Assembly: GCA_934122085.1 (NCBI GenBank)
Contig: CAKOVS010000003.1
Location: 17,734-81,733 of the forward strand
DNA: 64,000 nt
Direction: 5' to 3'
Source of the DNA: an uncultured Clostridia bacterium
GTDB lineage: Bacteria > Bacillota > Clostridia > TANB77 > CAG-508
The number at the start of each line of letters is the position of its first letter. The stretch's first letter is position 1. The notes beneath the pieces were generated by a model. That model was not told where the DNA came from. It saw only the letters and a program-made list of their open reading frames with translations, and ran no database searches. Position numbers and translations under genes: made by a program. Shown one piece after another: positions 19,448 through 29,594 of this stretch.

Positions 19448-20893
19448 TTATTTACATTCTTCATAACTATTTACTAAAAATTCATTTTTTCCATCAAATT
19501 TAATCATTAAAACTTTTGTATAATTTTCAACACTTGGTTTTCCTATCTCTTCTATTATTAAACTTGCTTTATGCTTTCTTAAGGTATCAAACGTATTCAT
19601 AAATCCCATTCCAGTACCACCTTCAGTTGAATATGTTGTAACTGGTTTCTTTCCAAGATTGTCTAATGTTTCTTTTTTGAATTCTACTCCAGAATCATAA
19701 ATGTATAATCCATATATTCCATCTATATTTCCTAATTTTACCAAAATACTTTTGTTTATATTATCTGTATGGTTTACTGCTATTATTGCATCTTTTATAT
19801 GGTCTGCTAATAAAGTTTCTAACTCTTCCTTAGAAATTAAATTATTGATCATGTAATGTATATTTCCCTTTAGTACTAGTGTAAATTCTATTTTATATTT
19901 TTGACATTCTGCCTGCATACATTTTAACATATCATCTATTATTGTAACTCCTGTTTTATCTAATTCTATTATTTCTTTTTCATCATAAATATCATTTTTT
20001 AGTTTTTCTAACCTTTCTTTTATTTCCGTAGCATCTTCTGTGCTTATTTCTGTTTTTGTTAATAATTCTGATAATTTATATTCTAATGATTTTTGTTTAT
20101 GTACTATCGTGTGTCTTTTCTTACTTATTCTAATATTTTCTGCTTCTAGTTCTGCAATTTCTTTTTTCTTGTTTTCTAATTCTTCTTTTGTTTCTTTTAA
20201 GTCTTTTATTAACATTTTTTGTTTGTAATATAATTGTAAAGATTTTTGGATAGTTATGAGCATTAAGACTAGAAAAATTATAAAAATGCAAAATGAGTTA
20301 TTAGTCGAAAGTCTATTTCTATTGTAAAACACAACACCTATACCTAAAATGCCTACACTAATACTTAATATAAGAACATCTATATATTCATTAGAAAATT
20401 TATCTTGTAGAGAAACTATACCATATTTAAATTTTTTTACGTCTAATACTTGTTTTAATAATATTAAATAAATAAACATTATCACAATAAAATTTATGTA
20501 ATCATTTATATTCCTTAATATTATTTTGTTTATAAAAAAACTTAAAATTAAAGAAATAAAATAGATTGCATAGCAAAAAGCTATACTAATAGTAGTTAAA
20601 AATATATTATATCCTATATTTCTTTTAGTTATTAATGTTGATATACAACTCATTGAAAAAACAAAAAATACAGTACTATTAAGAAAATTAGTTTTATAAT
20701 TAATTAATTCTATAACTGGTGCTAAAATAATTAGACATATATATCCTAAAATTTTATTAACTGAAAAAATTTCTTTATCATTTATAATTTTTAGAATTAT
20801 AAATTGAGTAGAAAAAACAAATAATAATTTTCTAACTATATTCACAATAATGACACTGTCAATATTCATTACTTTTCTCGTATAATCAATCAT
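19448..20893 (-). CDS. Orphan membrane sensor histidine kinase (multi-TM N-terminus, coiled-coil, C-terminal GHKL ATPase)
   Basis: About 6 TM helices, coiled-coil KETKEELENKKKEIAELEAENIR, C-terminal ATP-lid TEGGTGMGF; resembles AgrC/LytS-type (HPK10-like) kinases. Confidence 0.7.
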   Translation of the reverse strand: MIDYTRKVMNIDSVIIVNIVRKLLFVFSTQFIILKIINDKEIFSVNKILGYICLIILAPVIELINYKTNFLNSTVFFVFSMSCISTLITKRNIGYNIFLTTISIAFCYAIYFISLILSFFINKIILRNINDYINFIVIMFIYLILLKQVLDVKKFKYGIVSLQDKFSNEYIDVLILSISVGILGIGVVFYNRNRLSTNNSFCIFIIFLVLMLITIQKSLQLYYKQKMLIKDLKETKEELENKKKEIAELEAENIRISKKRHTIVHKQKSLEYKLSELLTKTEISTEDATEIKERLEKLKNDIYDEKEIIELDKTGVTIIDDMLKCMQAECQKYKIEFTLVLKGNIHYMINNLISKEELETLLADHIKDAIIAVNHTDNINKSILVKLGNIDGIYGLYIYDSGVEFKKETLDNLGKKPVTTYSTEGGTGMGFMNTFDTLRKHKASLIIEEIGKPSVENYTKVLMIKFDGKNEFLVNSYEECK

Positions 20894-21086
20894 ATAGAAA
20901 TATTAATCTATAATTGATTATTTCCTTTCTTTTAAATTTTGATATATTATACTTCACTATGTATAATATATTTAATACACTGCAGATTTGTTTCTATTAC
21001 TTTACAGCCATTTTTATGGACTGATCAAATGAAACTAACACCATAGATTTTTCTTTTATTCTTTCATTATATCCTAAAATAAAAAA

Positions 21087-21122
21087 ATAAGCAATATAAG
21101 AAATTTCTTACACTGCTTATTG
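21087..21122 (-). terminator. Intrinsic terminator immediately after the Trp-rich sORF
   Basis: Minus-strand aataagcagtgtaagaaatttcttatattgcttatt followed by TTTTTTTATTTT. Confidence 0.5.
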
Positions 21123-21127
21123 GCTTT

Positions 21128-21178
21128 TTAGCCCCACCATTTTCCAATCCAATCCATTAATTCATCCCACCAGTCCAT
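21128..21178 (-). CDS. 16-codon Trp-rich sORF (MDWWDELMDWIGKWWG): candidate leader or signalling peptide
   Basis: SD AAAAGGTGGTGA 6 nt upstream of ATG; 5 Trp in 16 residues including two WW pairs; terminator hairpins directly downstream; lies between the Spo0A-like RR and the orphan kinase. Confidence 0.35.
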   Translation of the reverse strand: MDWWDELMDWIGKWWG

Positions 21179-21448
21179 TCTCTTTCACCACCTTTTTATC
21201 TTTTGTGCTCGATCCATCATGTTTTTGATATAATCAAAATATCATTCTAAGTCTTGATACAAGTGATTTTGGGTGATAGAGAATATATAAATAATTTGGT
21301 AATTTTTAAATTTTATTAGTTATTTTTTTGGAATTTTATTCCAATTTTTATTTTATTTACAGATTGTGTAAATTTTCTTACTTTAAACATTTATTTTTCT
21401 AGATTTTCAGTTTTTTTCAAAAAATACTATTTGTTACTATTTTTGAAA

Positions 21449-21490
21449 GCAAAAAAAAAAAAACTGATCTATAAAAATCAGTTCTTTTTA
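21449..21490. terminator. Bidirectional terminator after the response regulator gene
   Basis: A13-aactgat-ctataaaa-atcagtt-cttttt. Confidence 0.5.
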
Positions 21491-22279
21491 TATCATTTCT
21501 TTTACTTTATCTTTATAATAATAAATAAACTCCATTGGTGTTGGTACTCCTGTTTCATAATTAACTCTTGCCGTATAATACTTAGTCAAATCTTCAATTG
21601 GAGTAACCCTCCATGCATGGAAAATTGCATTTTGTATTCCATTAGTAATTGTCGTTGCAGACCTTTTATGCAAATTAGATAAATATTGAATCAAATTAGA
21701 ACTAGCACCTTCATTTTCAATTAAATATAAAATTGCATCATGAATATATGCTTTTCCTTTTAGTTTTGATGTTATACCAACAAGCTCTAATTCTTTATTT
21801 ATACAACTAGAAATTTTACTTTTTTCATCTTTCAATGTATCTTCCACAGATTTCTTTTCCTCTATAGTCAAATCTGCTTTTCTCATATTTATGAAATGAT
21901 TTAATACTAAATTAGCTGAATATTTTGGATGATCTTTATATAATATAAAATCAACACCATTCCTATGTAAAATATCATATGTTCTTTTTGAATTTACATG
22001 TGTTGTTACTATAACTATTGGATCACAATTTAAATTCAAAGCTTTTAAATCTGTTATGAAACTCAATGCATCTGCATTACCCGTTGAACTATTATTTAAT
22101 TCTAAATCTAAAATAATTCCTTCTGGTTTTAAATTTCTAGCATATCTTAATCCATCAATGTCAGAATCTGTTACTGCCACTATTTCTATATCTTTCCTCA
22201 TTTTGGCACAACTTATAAAATTATTGCAATCATTAATATCATCTTCTATAATTAAAATTTTCATAGGTTTCACTTCCAT
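21488..22279 (-). CDS. Response regulator with Spo0A-type C-terminal DNA-binding domain (Spo0A paralog)
   Basis: N-terminal receiver (MKILIIEDD ... IILDLEL); C-terminus GITSKLKGKAYIHDAILYLIEN...TTITNGIQNAIFHAWRV...VPTPMEFIYYY aligns with the Spo0A_C block (GVPAHIKGYLYLREAI...TTASRVERAIRHAIEVAW...KPTNSEFIAMV), but the recognition helix is diverged. Confidence 0.6.
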   Translation of the reverse strand: MEVKPMKILIIEDDINDCNNFISCAKMRKDIEIVAVTDSDIDGLRYARNLKPEGIILDLELNNSSTGNADALSFITDLKALNLNCDPIVIVTTHVNSKRTYDILHRNGVDFILYKDHPKYSANLVLNHFINMRKADLTIEEKKSVEDTLKDEKSKISSCINKELELVGITSKLKGKAYIHDAILYLIENEGASSNLIQYLSNLHKRSATTITNGIQNAIFHAWRVTPIEDLTKYYTARVNYETGVPTPMEFIYYYKDKVKEMI

Positions 22280-22338
22280 ATTTCTTCATTCCTTTCTGTT
22301 TATTTGACTTTTAGTTATAATATATCATATTTTCTAGG

Positions 22339-22366
22339 AAAATCGTATATTCGATGATACGATTTT
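22339..22366. promoter_or_regulatory. Perfect 10-bp inverted repeat in the divergent RR/dGTPase promoter region
   Basis: aaaatcgtat-attcgatg-atacgatttt. Confidence 0.25.
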
Positions 22367-22514
22367 TTGGATAGGCTTTTTGTTAATATATTTATAAGTA
22401 TTTAAATTTATTTTTATATAGATTTTTTTATTTTTTTATTATATAATCAGTTATATAGTTTATAGGAATTTTTCCCTAATAAAAACTTAAATATATTACA
22501 AAAGGATTGATTTT

Positions 22515-23717
22515 ATGAAAAAATTTATAAATGAAAAAGCTGATATTAATAATCCGAAATGGAATAATTTAATACATAGAGAAAAAGAAATTTATAAGAG
22601 AGAAAATGATTTAAGAAGTGATTTTGAACGAGATTACAATAGAATTTTACATTCCAATGCTTATAAAAGAATGAAGCACAAAACTCAAGTATTTTTTTCA
22701 CCTACCAGTGATCATATTTGTACAAGAATGGAACATGTTAGCCATGTTGATTCTATTAGCTACACTATTGCTAATACATTAGGTTTAAATACAGAGTTAA
22801 CTAAAGCTATTGCTATTGGGCATGATTTAGGCCATGCACCCTTTGGTCACCAAGGAGAAAGAATTTTATCTGAAATATCAAAAAAATATATTGGAGATTC
22901 TTTTTGGCATGAAAAAAATGGTGTTAACATTGTTGATAATATTGAATTATTAGAAGATTGTAATTCTAATTTTGAAAACATGAATTTAACCTATGCTGTT
23001 AGAGATGGTATTATTTCACACTGTGGTGAAATTGATGAAAATTGTATAAAACCTCGAAATGATTATATTGATTTAAGCAATTATACTTATCCTAATCAAT
23101 ATAGCCCTTATACTTGGGAAGGTTGTGTAGTAAAAATTTCTGATAAAATTTCTTATATAATTCGTGATATTGAAGATGCAATATATTTACATATTATTGA
23201 TAATCATTTAGATGAACTTTACGATTTATTAAAATATGATAGAGCTCAAAAGATTAATAATTCTAATATTATTAATACTTTAATTTATGATATTTGTTCA
23301 AATTCTTCACCTGAAAATGGTCTTCGTTTTTCTGATGAAAATTTGAAATTATTAAATGATATTAAAAAGTTTAATTATGAACATATTTATTTTAACAAAC
23401 ATCTTCAATATCCTTTTGATTATTTTAGGCTTGTTATTAATCAGATTTTTAATGTTTTGGCTGAATGTTATGATAATGAAAATACTTTGGAGAAATTGAA
23501 TTCTATTAAGGTTTTCTATCCTGTTCTTATTTCTAGTTTTGTTGATTGGATTAAGAAGTATTGGAATTTGACTGATAGGTCTGATTCTAATTTGAAAAAT
23601 AAAGTTGTTTTTGATATGTCTGTTTCTATGGATTTTTATAAGGCTATTATTTATTATATTTCTGGTATGACTGATAATTTTGCTATTAGCTGTTATAATG
23701 AGATTATTGGGTTTTAG
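22515..23717 (+). CDS. dGTP triphosphohydrolase-like HD-domain protein
   Basis: HD motif IGHDLGHAPFGHQGE, N-terminal YNRILHSNAYKRMKHKTQVF typical of the Dgt family. Confidence 0.75.
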   Translation: MKKFINEKADINNPKWNNLIHREKEIYKRENDLRSDFERDYNRILHSNAYKRMKHKTQVFFSPTSDHICTRMEHVSHVDSISYTIANTLGLNTELTKAIAIGHDLGHAPFGHQGERILSEISKKYIGDSFWHEKNGVNIVDNIELLEDCNSNFENMNLTYAVRDGIISHCGEIDENCIKPRNDYIDLSNYTYPNQYSPYTWEGCVVKISDKISYIIRDIEDAIYLHIIDNHLDELYDLLKYDRAQKINNSNIINTLIYDICSNSSPENGLRFSDENLKLLNDIKKFNYEHIYFNKHLQYPFDYFRLVINQIFNVLAECYDNENTLEKLNSIKVFYPVLISSFVDWIKKYWNLTDRSDSNLKNKVVFDMSVSMDFYKAIIYYISGMTDNFAISCYNEIIGF

Positions 23718-23862
23718 TTTTTTACTAATTATAAGAAGTAATTGTGTTTTCTCATATTACTTCTTATTTTAATTTTTATAACCTTTTATATTAATACTTT
23801 TTCTTTTTGTAAACCAGCATTTGATACAAATGATTATTACAATTCATAATACCCGTAATGAT

Positions 23863-25409
23863 ATTCACATTCTAATATATTTAAATTAATATCTTCTCTT
23901 GCTTTCTCTATTATCTTCTTGAAATTATATTTACATTCTAATATATTTAAATTAATATTTGTTTAATATAACATCAAAGAATGAAGCCACTCCCATTTAC
24001 ATTCTAATATATTTAAATTAATATCTGCCATCTCCAGAAGCAAAACAGCTTCTTTCAAAATTTACATTCTAATATATTTAAATTAATATAAAAATATTTA
24101 AATGAATGGTGTATACTTTTAAATGATTTACATTCTAATATATTTAAATTAATATGGGATTTCATTACCCACTACCTGCTCTTTTTCTCATTTATTTACA
24201 TTCTAATATATTTAAATTAATATTGCAAAAGTATCACCTTCAAGCATTTCTTGTTGAACATTTACATTCTAATATATTTAAATTAATATGTTTCTGTGTC
24301 TTTTAAATATTTTACATTTACGATATTTACATTCTAATATATTTAAATTAATATGCAAACAAGTATTGTCCACATCGAACTTTAGACCTATTTACATTCT
24401 AATATATTTAAATTAATATATGTTAAAATCAATAGTAACTGCCGAGATATTAGGATTTACATTCTAATATATTTAAATTAATATTTAATGCATTGAAAGA
24501 TTTGAAAAAACTTTATATATTTACATTCTAATATATTTAAATTAATATAAAAGCATTATCGTGCTTGGAGAAGCCAGCCTTAAAAATTTACATTCTAATA
24601 TATTTAAATTAATATCATGGAAAAACACTTGCAGGAATATTGGCAATAATAGGATTTACATTCTAATATATTTAAATTAATATCCCATAAAAAATCCCAT
24701 CATTTTTATTTAAAAATTCCATTTACATTCTAATATATTTAAATTAATATCTTCTGCTTTTTTTATCATATTTTTAAATTCTTTATTTACATTCTAATAT
24801 ATTTAAATTAATATGACGATACAATGAAATGCAGTATTTGCAGTAATTATATTTACATTCTAATATATTTAAATTAATATCTAATATTAACATCTTCCAA
24901 AAAATTATTTATTTCATTTACATTCTAATATATTTAAATTAATATTGTTCTACCATTTAATAATTTAATTAATCCAACAACATTTACATTCTAATATATT
25001 TAAATTAATATAACTCCAAGCTCATGTGCTACACCTTTGGAATCTTTATTTACATTCTAATATATTTAAATTAATATGATCTGCAAGCATTATTTATAAT
25101 TTCCATAAAACTTGAATTTACATTCTAATATATTTAAATTAATATAGAAATGGAAAATTATTTAAACAAAACCATTTAAAATTTACATTCTAATATATTT
25201 AAATTAATATCTTTACATACCAAGCCATACCAAGACACGCAACAACATTTACATTCTAATATATTTAAATTAATATTGCACATCTAAACCAGCACTAGCT
25301 GATACTTCGCTATTTACATTCTAATATATTTAAATTAATATTCAAATATTATTTCTGCATTGTATACTCCACCTAAAATATTTACATTCTAATATATTTA
25401 AATTAATAT
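23863..25409 (-). CRISPR. CRISPR array: 24 repeats of 30 bp (ATTTACATTCTAATATATTTAAATTAATAT on +; reads ...GAATGTAAAT in transcription direction), 23 spacers of 34-38 bp
   Basis: Counted directly; first repeat at 23863 is degenerate (attCaCatt...), consistent with a leader-distal position; cas2-proximal end at 25409. Confidence 0.95.
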
Positions 25410-25594
25410 AGGACTTTATTAAAGCCTTAAACCAAGCATGTTTCATCTTAAAATTCTGTCCATCTCATATTATAATAACACAAAACATTTAAAAAATCTA
25501 TATTTCTCGTTCATGTCCTTTATTCTTCTAATTTTCATAATCTGTCCATAACCATATAATTTAGCAATATTATAGATCGACAGATTTTTCAAAT
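25410..25594 (-). promoter_or_regulatory. CRISPR leader (AT-rich) between cas2 and the first repeat
   Basis: 185-bp AT-rich noncoding stretch; the degenerate repeat lies at the opposite end. Confidence 0.4.
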
Positions 25595-25879
25595 TTACAA
25601 AAAATTATCTGTTTTATCATCTTCAATCATACCAAGAAACTCTTTTTCCATCCAATGTTGATTTCTACTTTTAAACAAAATCACACTATCCTTACTTTCT
25701 CTAATATACCTATCCAATTCAGTTTTCAGCTTAATAGCCTGTGAATTTAATAACTCTCCTTCAAAAACAGAATTCTGAATATGTACCAAATACTTTTTAC
25801 ATGTCTTAAAAACATTTCTCAATACCTTTTGTCCTTCTTTATCTTCTAAATTTATATCATAAACTAAAATAACATACAT
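25595..25879 (-). CDS. cas2: Cas2
   Basis: MYVILVYDI... small Cas2 fold; overlaps the cas1 stop. Confidence 0.85.
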   Translation of the reverse strand: MYVILVYDINLEDKEGQKVLRNVFKTCKKYLVHIQNSVFEGELLNSQAIKLKTELDRYIRESKDSVILFKSRNQHWMEKEFLGMIEDDKTDNFL

Positions 25880-25880
25880 A

Positions 25881-26873
25881 TTACCACCACATTTTAAAAC
25901 CTTCATATTCTTCATCTTCAAGCAAATGTTTAATTAATTTATATACCTCTAATCTCATCAAATATTCATAACTCACTTCTCTGTCCAATTTTTTATGCTT
26001 AATTTTAGTTTGTAATCTCAAATCAATTTCTCTTGTTATATTTTTTCGTGCTTCATCTTTTATATAAATAAAATTAAGACCTTCCTCAAAATCTTTTTCA
26101 GTTATCTGCCTTTTATTTAACATAGAAAAAATTAATCTGTCTGCTATAATTGGTTTGAAAATTTCAGCAATATCTAAACACAATGAGAATCTCCTTTCAG
26201 ATGGCTCATGTAAATAGCTTATAGTAGGATTTAGCTGTGTCTTATAGATTTCACTTAAAACTCTTGTATATATAATTGTATTAACATACGAAATCAACGA
26301 ATTTATTGCATTATCTGGAGGATTTTTTACTCTTTTTTCAAAAGCTATATCCTGATTAATTATAATATTCCATGAATCATAATAAACCTTTCTAATATTT
26401 CCTTCTATTCCCATTAATTCCGGCACATCTTTACACAATTTTATTTGCTTTCTTAAAAAATCTATCTCTTTCATATAATCTTTTAAGTCTTTTCCTCTAT
26501 TATTATAATAAGTTAAATTTCTATAAATATTATATGATGCCGCTTCTATAAAGGCTTTTGCAATATCTAATCTTTTTTCTTTATCATTATAATGTTCAAC
26601 TTGTTTTATTAATAGTTTTCCAGATACAAGAGATTCTTTCGGATAATATGTTCCTGTATAAAATCCATAATAATTAAAAAAATGCACATTTATACCAAAC
26701 TGAGATAAAAAGTTTAATAGACTCGTATTAAAATCAAGTTCTGTCATAACATATATATCATCCACTCGTTCTATAGGTATACTCTTCTTAGTATTATCTT
26801 TATATACTATTTCTAATGTATTATCTTTTCTTTGAAGCCTCCCACTTTTGTATAAATAATATGATTGTTTCAT
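25881..26873 (-). CDS. cas1: Cas1
   Basis: About 330 aa; start MKQSYYLYKSG with AAAGGAA RBS; position between cas4 and cas2. Confidence 0.9.
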   Translation of the reverse strand: MKQSYYLYKSGRLQRKDNTLEIVYKDNTKKSIPIERVDDIYVMTELDFNTSLLNFLSQFGINVHFFNYYGFYTGTYYPKESLVSGKLLIKQVEHYNDKEKRLDIAKAFIEAASYNIYRNLTYYNNRGKDLKDYMKEIDFLRKQIKLCKDVPELMGIEGNIRKVYYDSWNIIINQDIAFEKRVKNPPDNAINSLISYVNTIIYTRVLSEIYKTQLNPTISYLHEPSERRFSLCLDIAEIFKPIIADRLIFSMLNKRQITEKDFEEGLNFIYIKDEARKNITREIDLRLQTKIKHKKLDREVSYEYLMRLEVYKLIKHLLEDEEYEGFKMWW

Positions 26874-26900
26874 TTTTAACAATTCCTTTCTATACACTTT

Positions 26901-27389
26901 TTATACATAGCATAAATCAAAGTAAGAACATTTCTTACAAATCTTTGAATCTATAGCTTTAAGAGGCTTGTCCTGTTCTACAATATTTTCTATGCCTATA
27001 ACAACATTTTTTAATACTTCTCTATCTTCATCTTCTAAAATAATTTTTTTCGTTTCTCTTAATAGTGGAAAATCAATTTCCGCTTTGATATTTTTTATTC
27101 CTTTTTGTTCTAAATAATACATATAATATTTTAATTGCCATATTCCAGCTTCTTCAATTGATTTTGTTTTCTTGACTTCATGTAATACTGCACCATTATT
27201 TATAAAATCTATATTTATAGTATTGTCTATTAAAATGCCTTTCTTTTCTCTGCTATATGTTGTTTCATCTATTATCTTTCCAATTTGTACCAATTCACTA
27301 TTTTGTTCCATATTTATTTGATTTGCAAAATACCATAATCTTCGCTCACATATAAAATAATAATAAACCATTATTCCTGTAATATTCAT
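26901..27389 (-). CDS. cas4: Cas4 (RecB-like nuclease with Fe-S Cys cluster)
   Basis: N-terminal Cys (YYFICERR) plus C-terminal CKKCSYFDLC. Confidence 0.85.
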   Translation of the reverse strand: MNITGIMVYYYFICERRLWYFANQINMEQNSELVQIGKIIDETTYSREKKGILIDNTINIDFINNGAVLHEVKKTKSIEEAGIWQLKYYMYYLEQKGIKNIKAEIDFPLLRETKKIILEDEDREVLKNVVIGIENIVEQDKPLKAIDSKICKKCSYFDLCYV

Positions 27390-27401
27390 ACAATCCTCCT
27401 A

Positions 27402-29594
27402 TTACAATTCTCGCGAATCTATTGAATAACCTTCATCAGCTTCTAAAAGAAGTCCAATTTCTTTATCATATTTTGTATCAATAATATATTTTCCTCTTAT
27501 ATAAGGACATTCTGTTATAAAATTGCCCAATTTCCACTTATTTTTACTATTGATTGATATAAATAATTTATCAATCTTTCTCTTCAATTCATATTTTTTC
27601 TTCTTTTCTTTTTCATTTTCATATTCAGCAAATAAATCCAGATTTTCATCATAAATAATCTTTGGTATTACATCTATATTATCAATATTTCTTAAAATAT
27701 GTTGAGCATCTTTTTTACTAGTATCATAATCAATAATGTTATCTAATATTTTAAATGCCTCTTTAAATTTTTTATAAAATTCTGTTCCTTGTAACATTTC
27801 TTTTGAATATAATTTATCAACTAAATCAATTTTTACCTTTTCCTGTAATATTGCTCCATTATATGGTCTTAATAGTTCTATACTTTTTTCATATATTTCT
27901 TCATCATATATATACCCAACTCCACTTGTGTCTTTGATATATATTTTTACATTCGGAATGTTTTCACAATATTCTCTACTTCTATAACATCTTCCTAATC
28001 TTTGGAATAAACTATCTAATGAAGACATTTCTGTATATAACATATCAAAATCAATATCTAATGATGCTTCAACAATTTGTGTTGTTATCCATATTCCAGC
28101 TTCATCTCTATTTTTAGAAAATTCTTTTATATTTCTTTCTTTTTCACTTCTATCTGATTGTATAAACCTTGAATGCAATAAATTAACATTTTGAACATCT
28201 TCATCTTTTAATTTTTGATATATTTCAATTGCTTTATTTATTGTATTTACAATTATTAATACCTTTTTATTCTTAGAGTTCTCTTTTATTTCTTCTAAAT
28301 CTTCTTCTATTCCTGAATCCACTAATTGAATTTTATGTCTTATTGTATCTTTTATAAATTCATCATATTCAAACTTTATTCCCATTTCTTCTAGCTTTTC
28401 TTTATATATTCTAGGAAGTGTTGCTGTCATTACCATAAATTTTCCATTTAAATTATTTATCATTTGTAAGCCTTTTAAAATAACTGCTACTATTTCAGGT
28501 GAATATGCTTGAATTTCATCAATTACTACTTTTGAATAACTTAATGTTGCATATATTTTTTCATATCCTCTATATTTAAATACAAATGGAAAAATTTGAT
28601 CTATTGTACATGTTGTAATTTTTTCATACAAATTTCGTGCTTGTTCTATTTTTTCAAATTCATTTTCTTCATTTTTATCATCTAAATAATCTATTGCTGT
28701 TGAGTGTAATAATCCAACATGCTCATATCCTATTGTTTCTTTTATCCTGTCATATATTGCATTTATACTTATTCTTAATGGTAATGTAAAAAAGGTTTTA
28801 TCATGATTACTCCAAAGTAATGCTCCTTCTGTTTTTCCCATACCAGTTGAACCAATTACTATAACATTTTTATTTTGATTTGCTTTTGCAAATTGTTGTA
28901 AATCATTTGGTTCAAAATCTTGTTTCTTCATAAATTCTTCTACGAATTTTGAAATTTCATTTTTTGTCTCATCTTCAACTGGTATCCAAGCAGAACTACA
29001 GTGATCCAATCTATGTAACAATCCTTTCATTATACAATAATCTTTATATATGTCATCAAATTCAGTTATTCTAGCTTGTCCTTCTACCATTCCTAAATAT
29101 GTTGTTTTTAATTCTGGTACTTTGATTTGTAATTCATTCTCTATTTTTTCAATATTAGGTTCAATATCTTCATTTATTATTTCACTTAATAATTGTTCAT
29201 CTATATGTATTATATTTTCTCTTTCATGATGATAGTAAATTGCTTGATATACCAATTTTCTTTCTGTTTTTGTTAATTCATATTCTTTATAGGGTACAAA
29301 CATTGGAGATATTTGTTCATGCTTTATTTGCTCATTATTAAATTTTGTAACCAATAGTGGTTCTCCTATTGCTTTTCTTATTACATTTTGAAAACCTGAA
29401 TAAACTTTTCCTGCATCATGATATTTACATATTATTTCCATTAGTTGCCAAAATCTATCTTCTGGCATATCTATTACTTGTACTATTTTCGCACCATAAG
29501 TTCTTTTTAAAATTTCAAGATTCTCTAATAATTTATCAGTATGTTCTTTTATTGTTTCTATTGGATTTGATTTTGCATAATATTTATAATTCAT
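27402..29594 (-). CDS. cas3: Cas3 (HD nuclease fused to SF2 helicase)
   Basis: HD motif (KYHDAGK), Walker A GSTGMGKTE, DExH VIDEIQ; start MNYKYYAKS with AAAGGA RBS. Confidence 0.9.
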   Translation of the reverse strand: MNYKYYAKSNPIETIKEHTDKLLENLEILKRTYGAKIVQVIDMPEDRFWQLMEIICKYHDAGKVYSGFQNVIRKAIGEPLLVTKFNNEQIKHEQISPMFVPYKEYELTKTERKLVYQAIYYHHERENIIHIDEQLLSEIINEDIEPNIEKIENELQIKVPELKTTYLGMVEGQARITEFDDIYKDYCIMKGLLHRLDHCSSAWIPVEDETKNEISKFVEEFMKKQDFEPNDLQQFAKANQNKNVIVIGSTGMGKTEGALLWSNHDKTFFTLPLRISINAIYDRIKETIGYEHVGLLHSTAIDYLDDKNEENEFEKIEQARNLYEKITTCTIDQIFPFVFKYRGYEKIYATLSYSKVVIDEIQAYSPEIVAVILKGLQMINNLNGKFMVMTATLPRIYKEKLEEMGIKFEYDEFIKDTIRHKIQLVDSGIEEDLEEIKENSKNKKVLIIVNTINKAIEIYQKLKDEDVQNVNLLHSRFIQSDRSEKERNIKEFSKNRDEAGIWITTQIVEASLDIDFDMLYTEMSSLDSLFQRLGRCYRSREYCENIPNVKIYIKDTSGVGYIYDEEIYEKSIELLRPYNGAILQEKVKIDLVDKLYSKEMLQGTEFYKKFKEAFKILDNIIDYDTSKKDAQHILRNIDNIDVIPKIIYDENLDLFAEYENEKEKKKKYELKRKIDKLFISINSKNKWKLGNFITECPYIRGKYIIDTKYDKEIGLLLEADEGYSIDSREL

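Noticed and set aside
23863-25409. Self-targeting or in-window protospacers for the CRISPR spacers
   Set aside because: No spacer match to the rest of the window was apparent by eye; needs a computational search, so not claimed.
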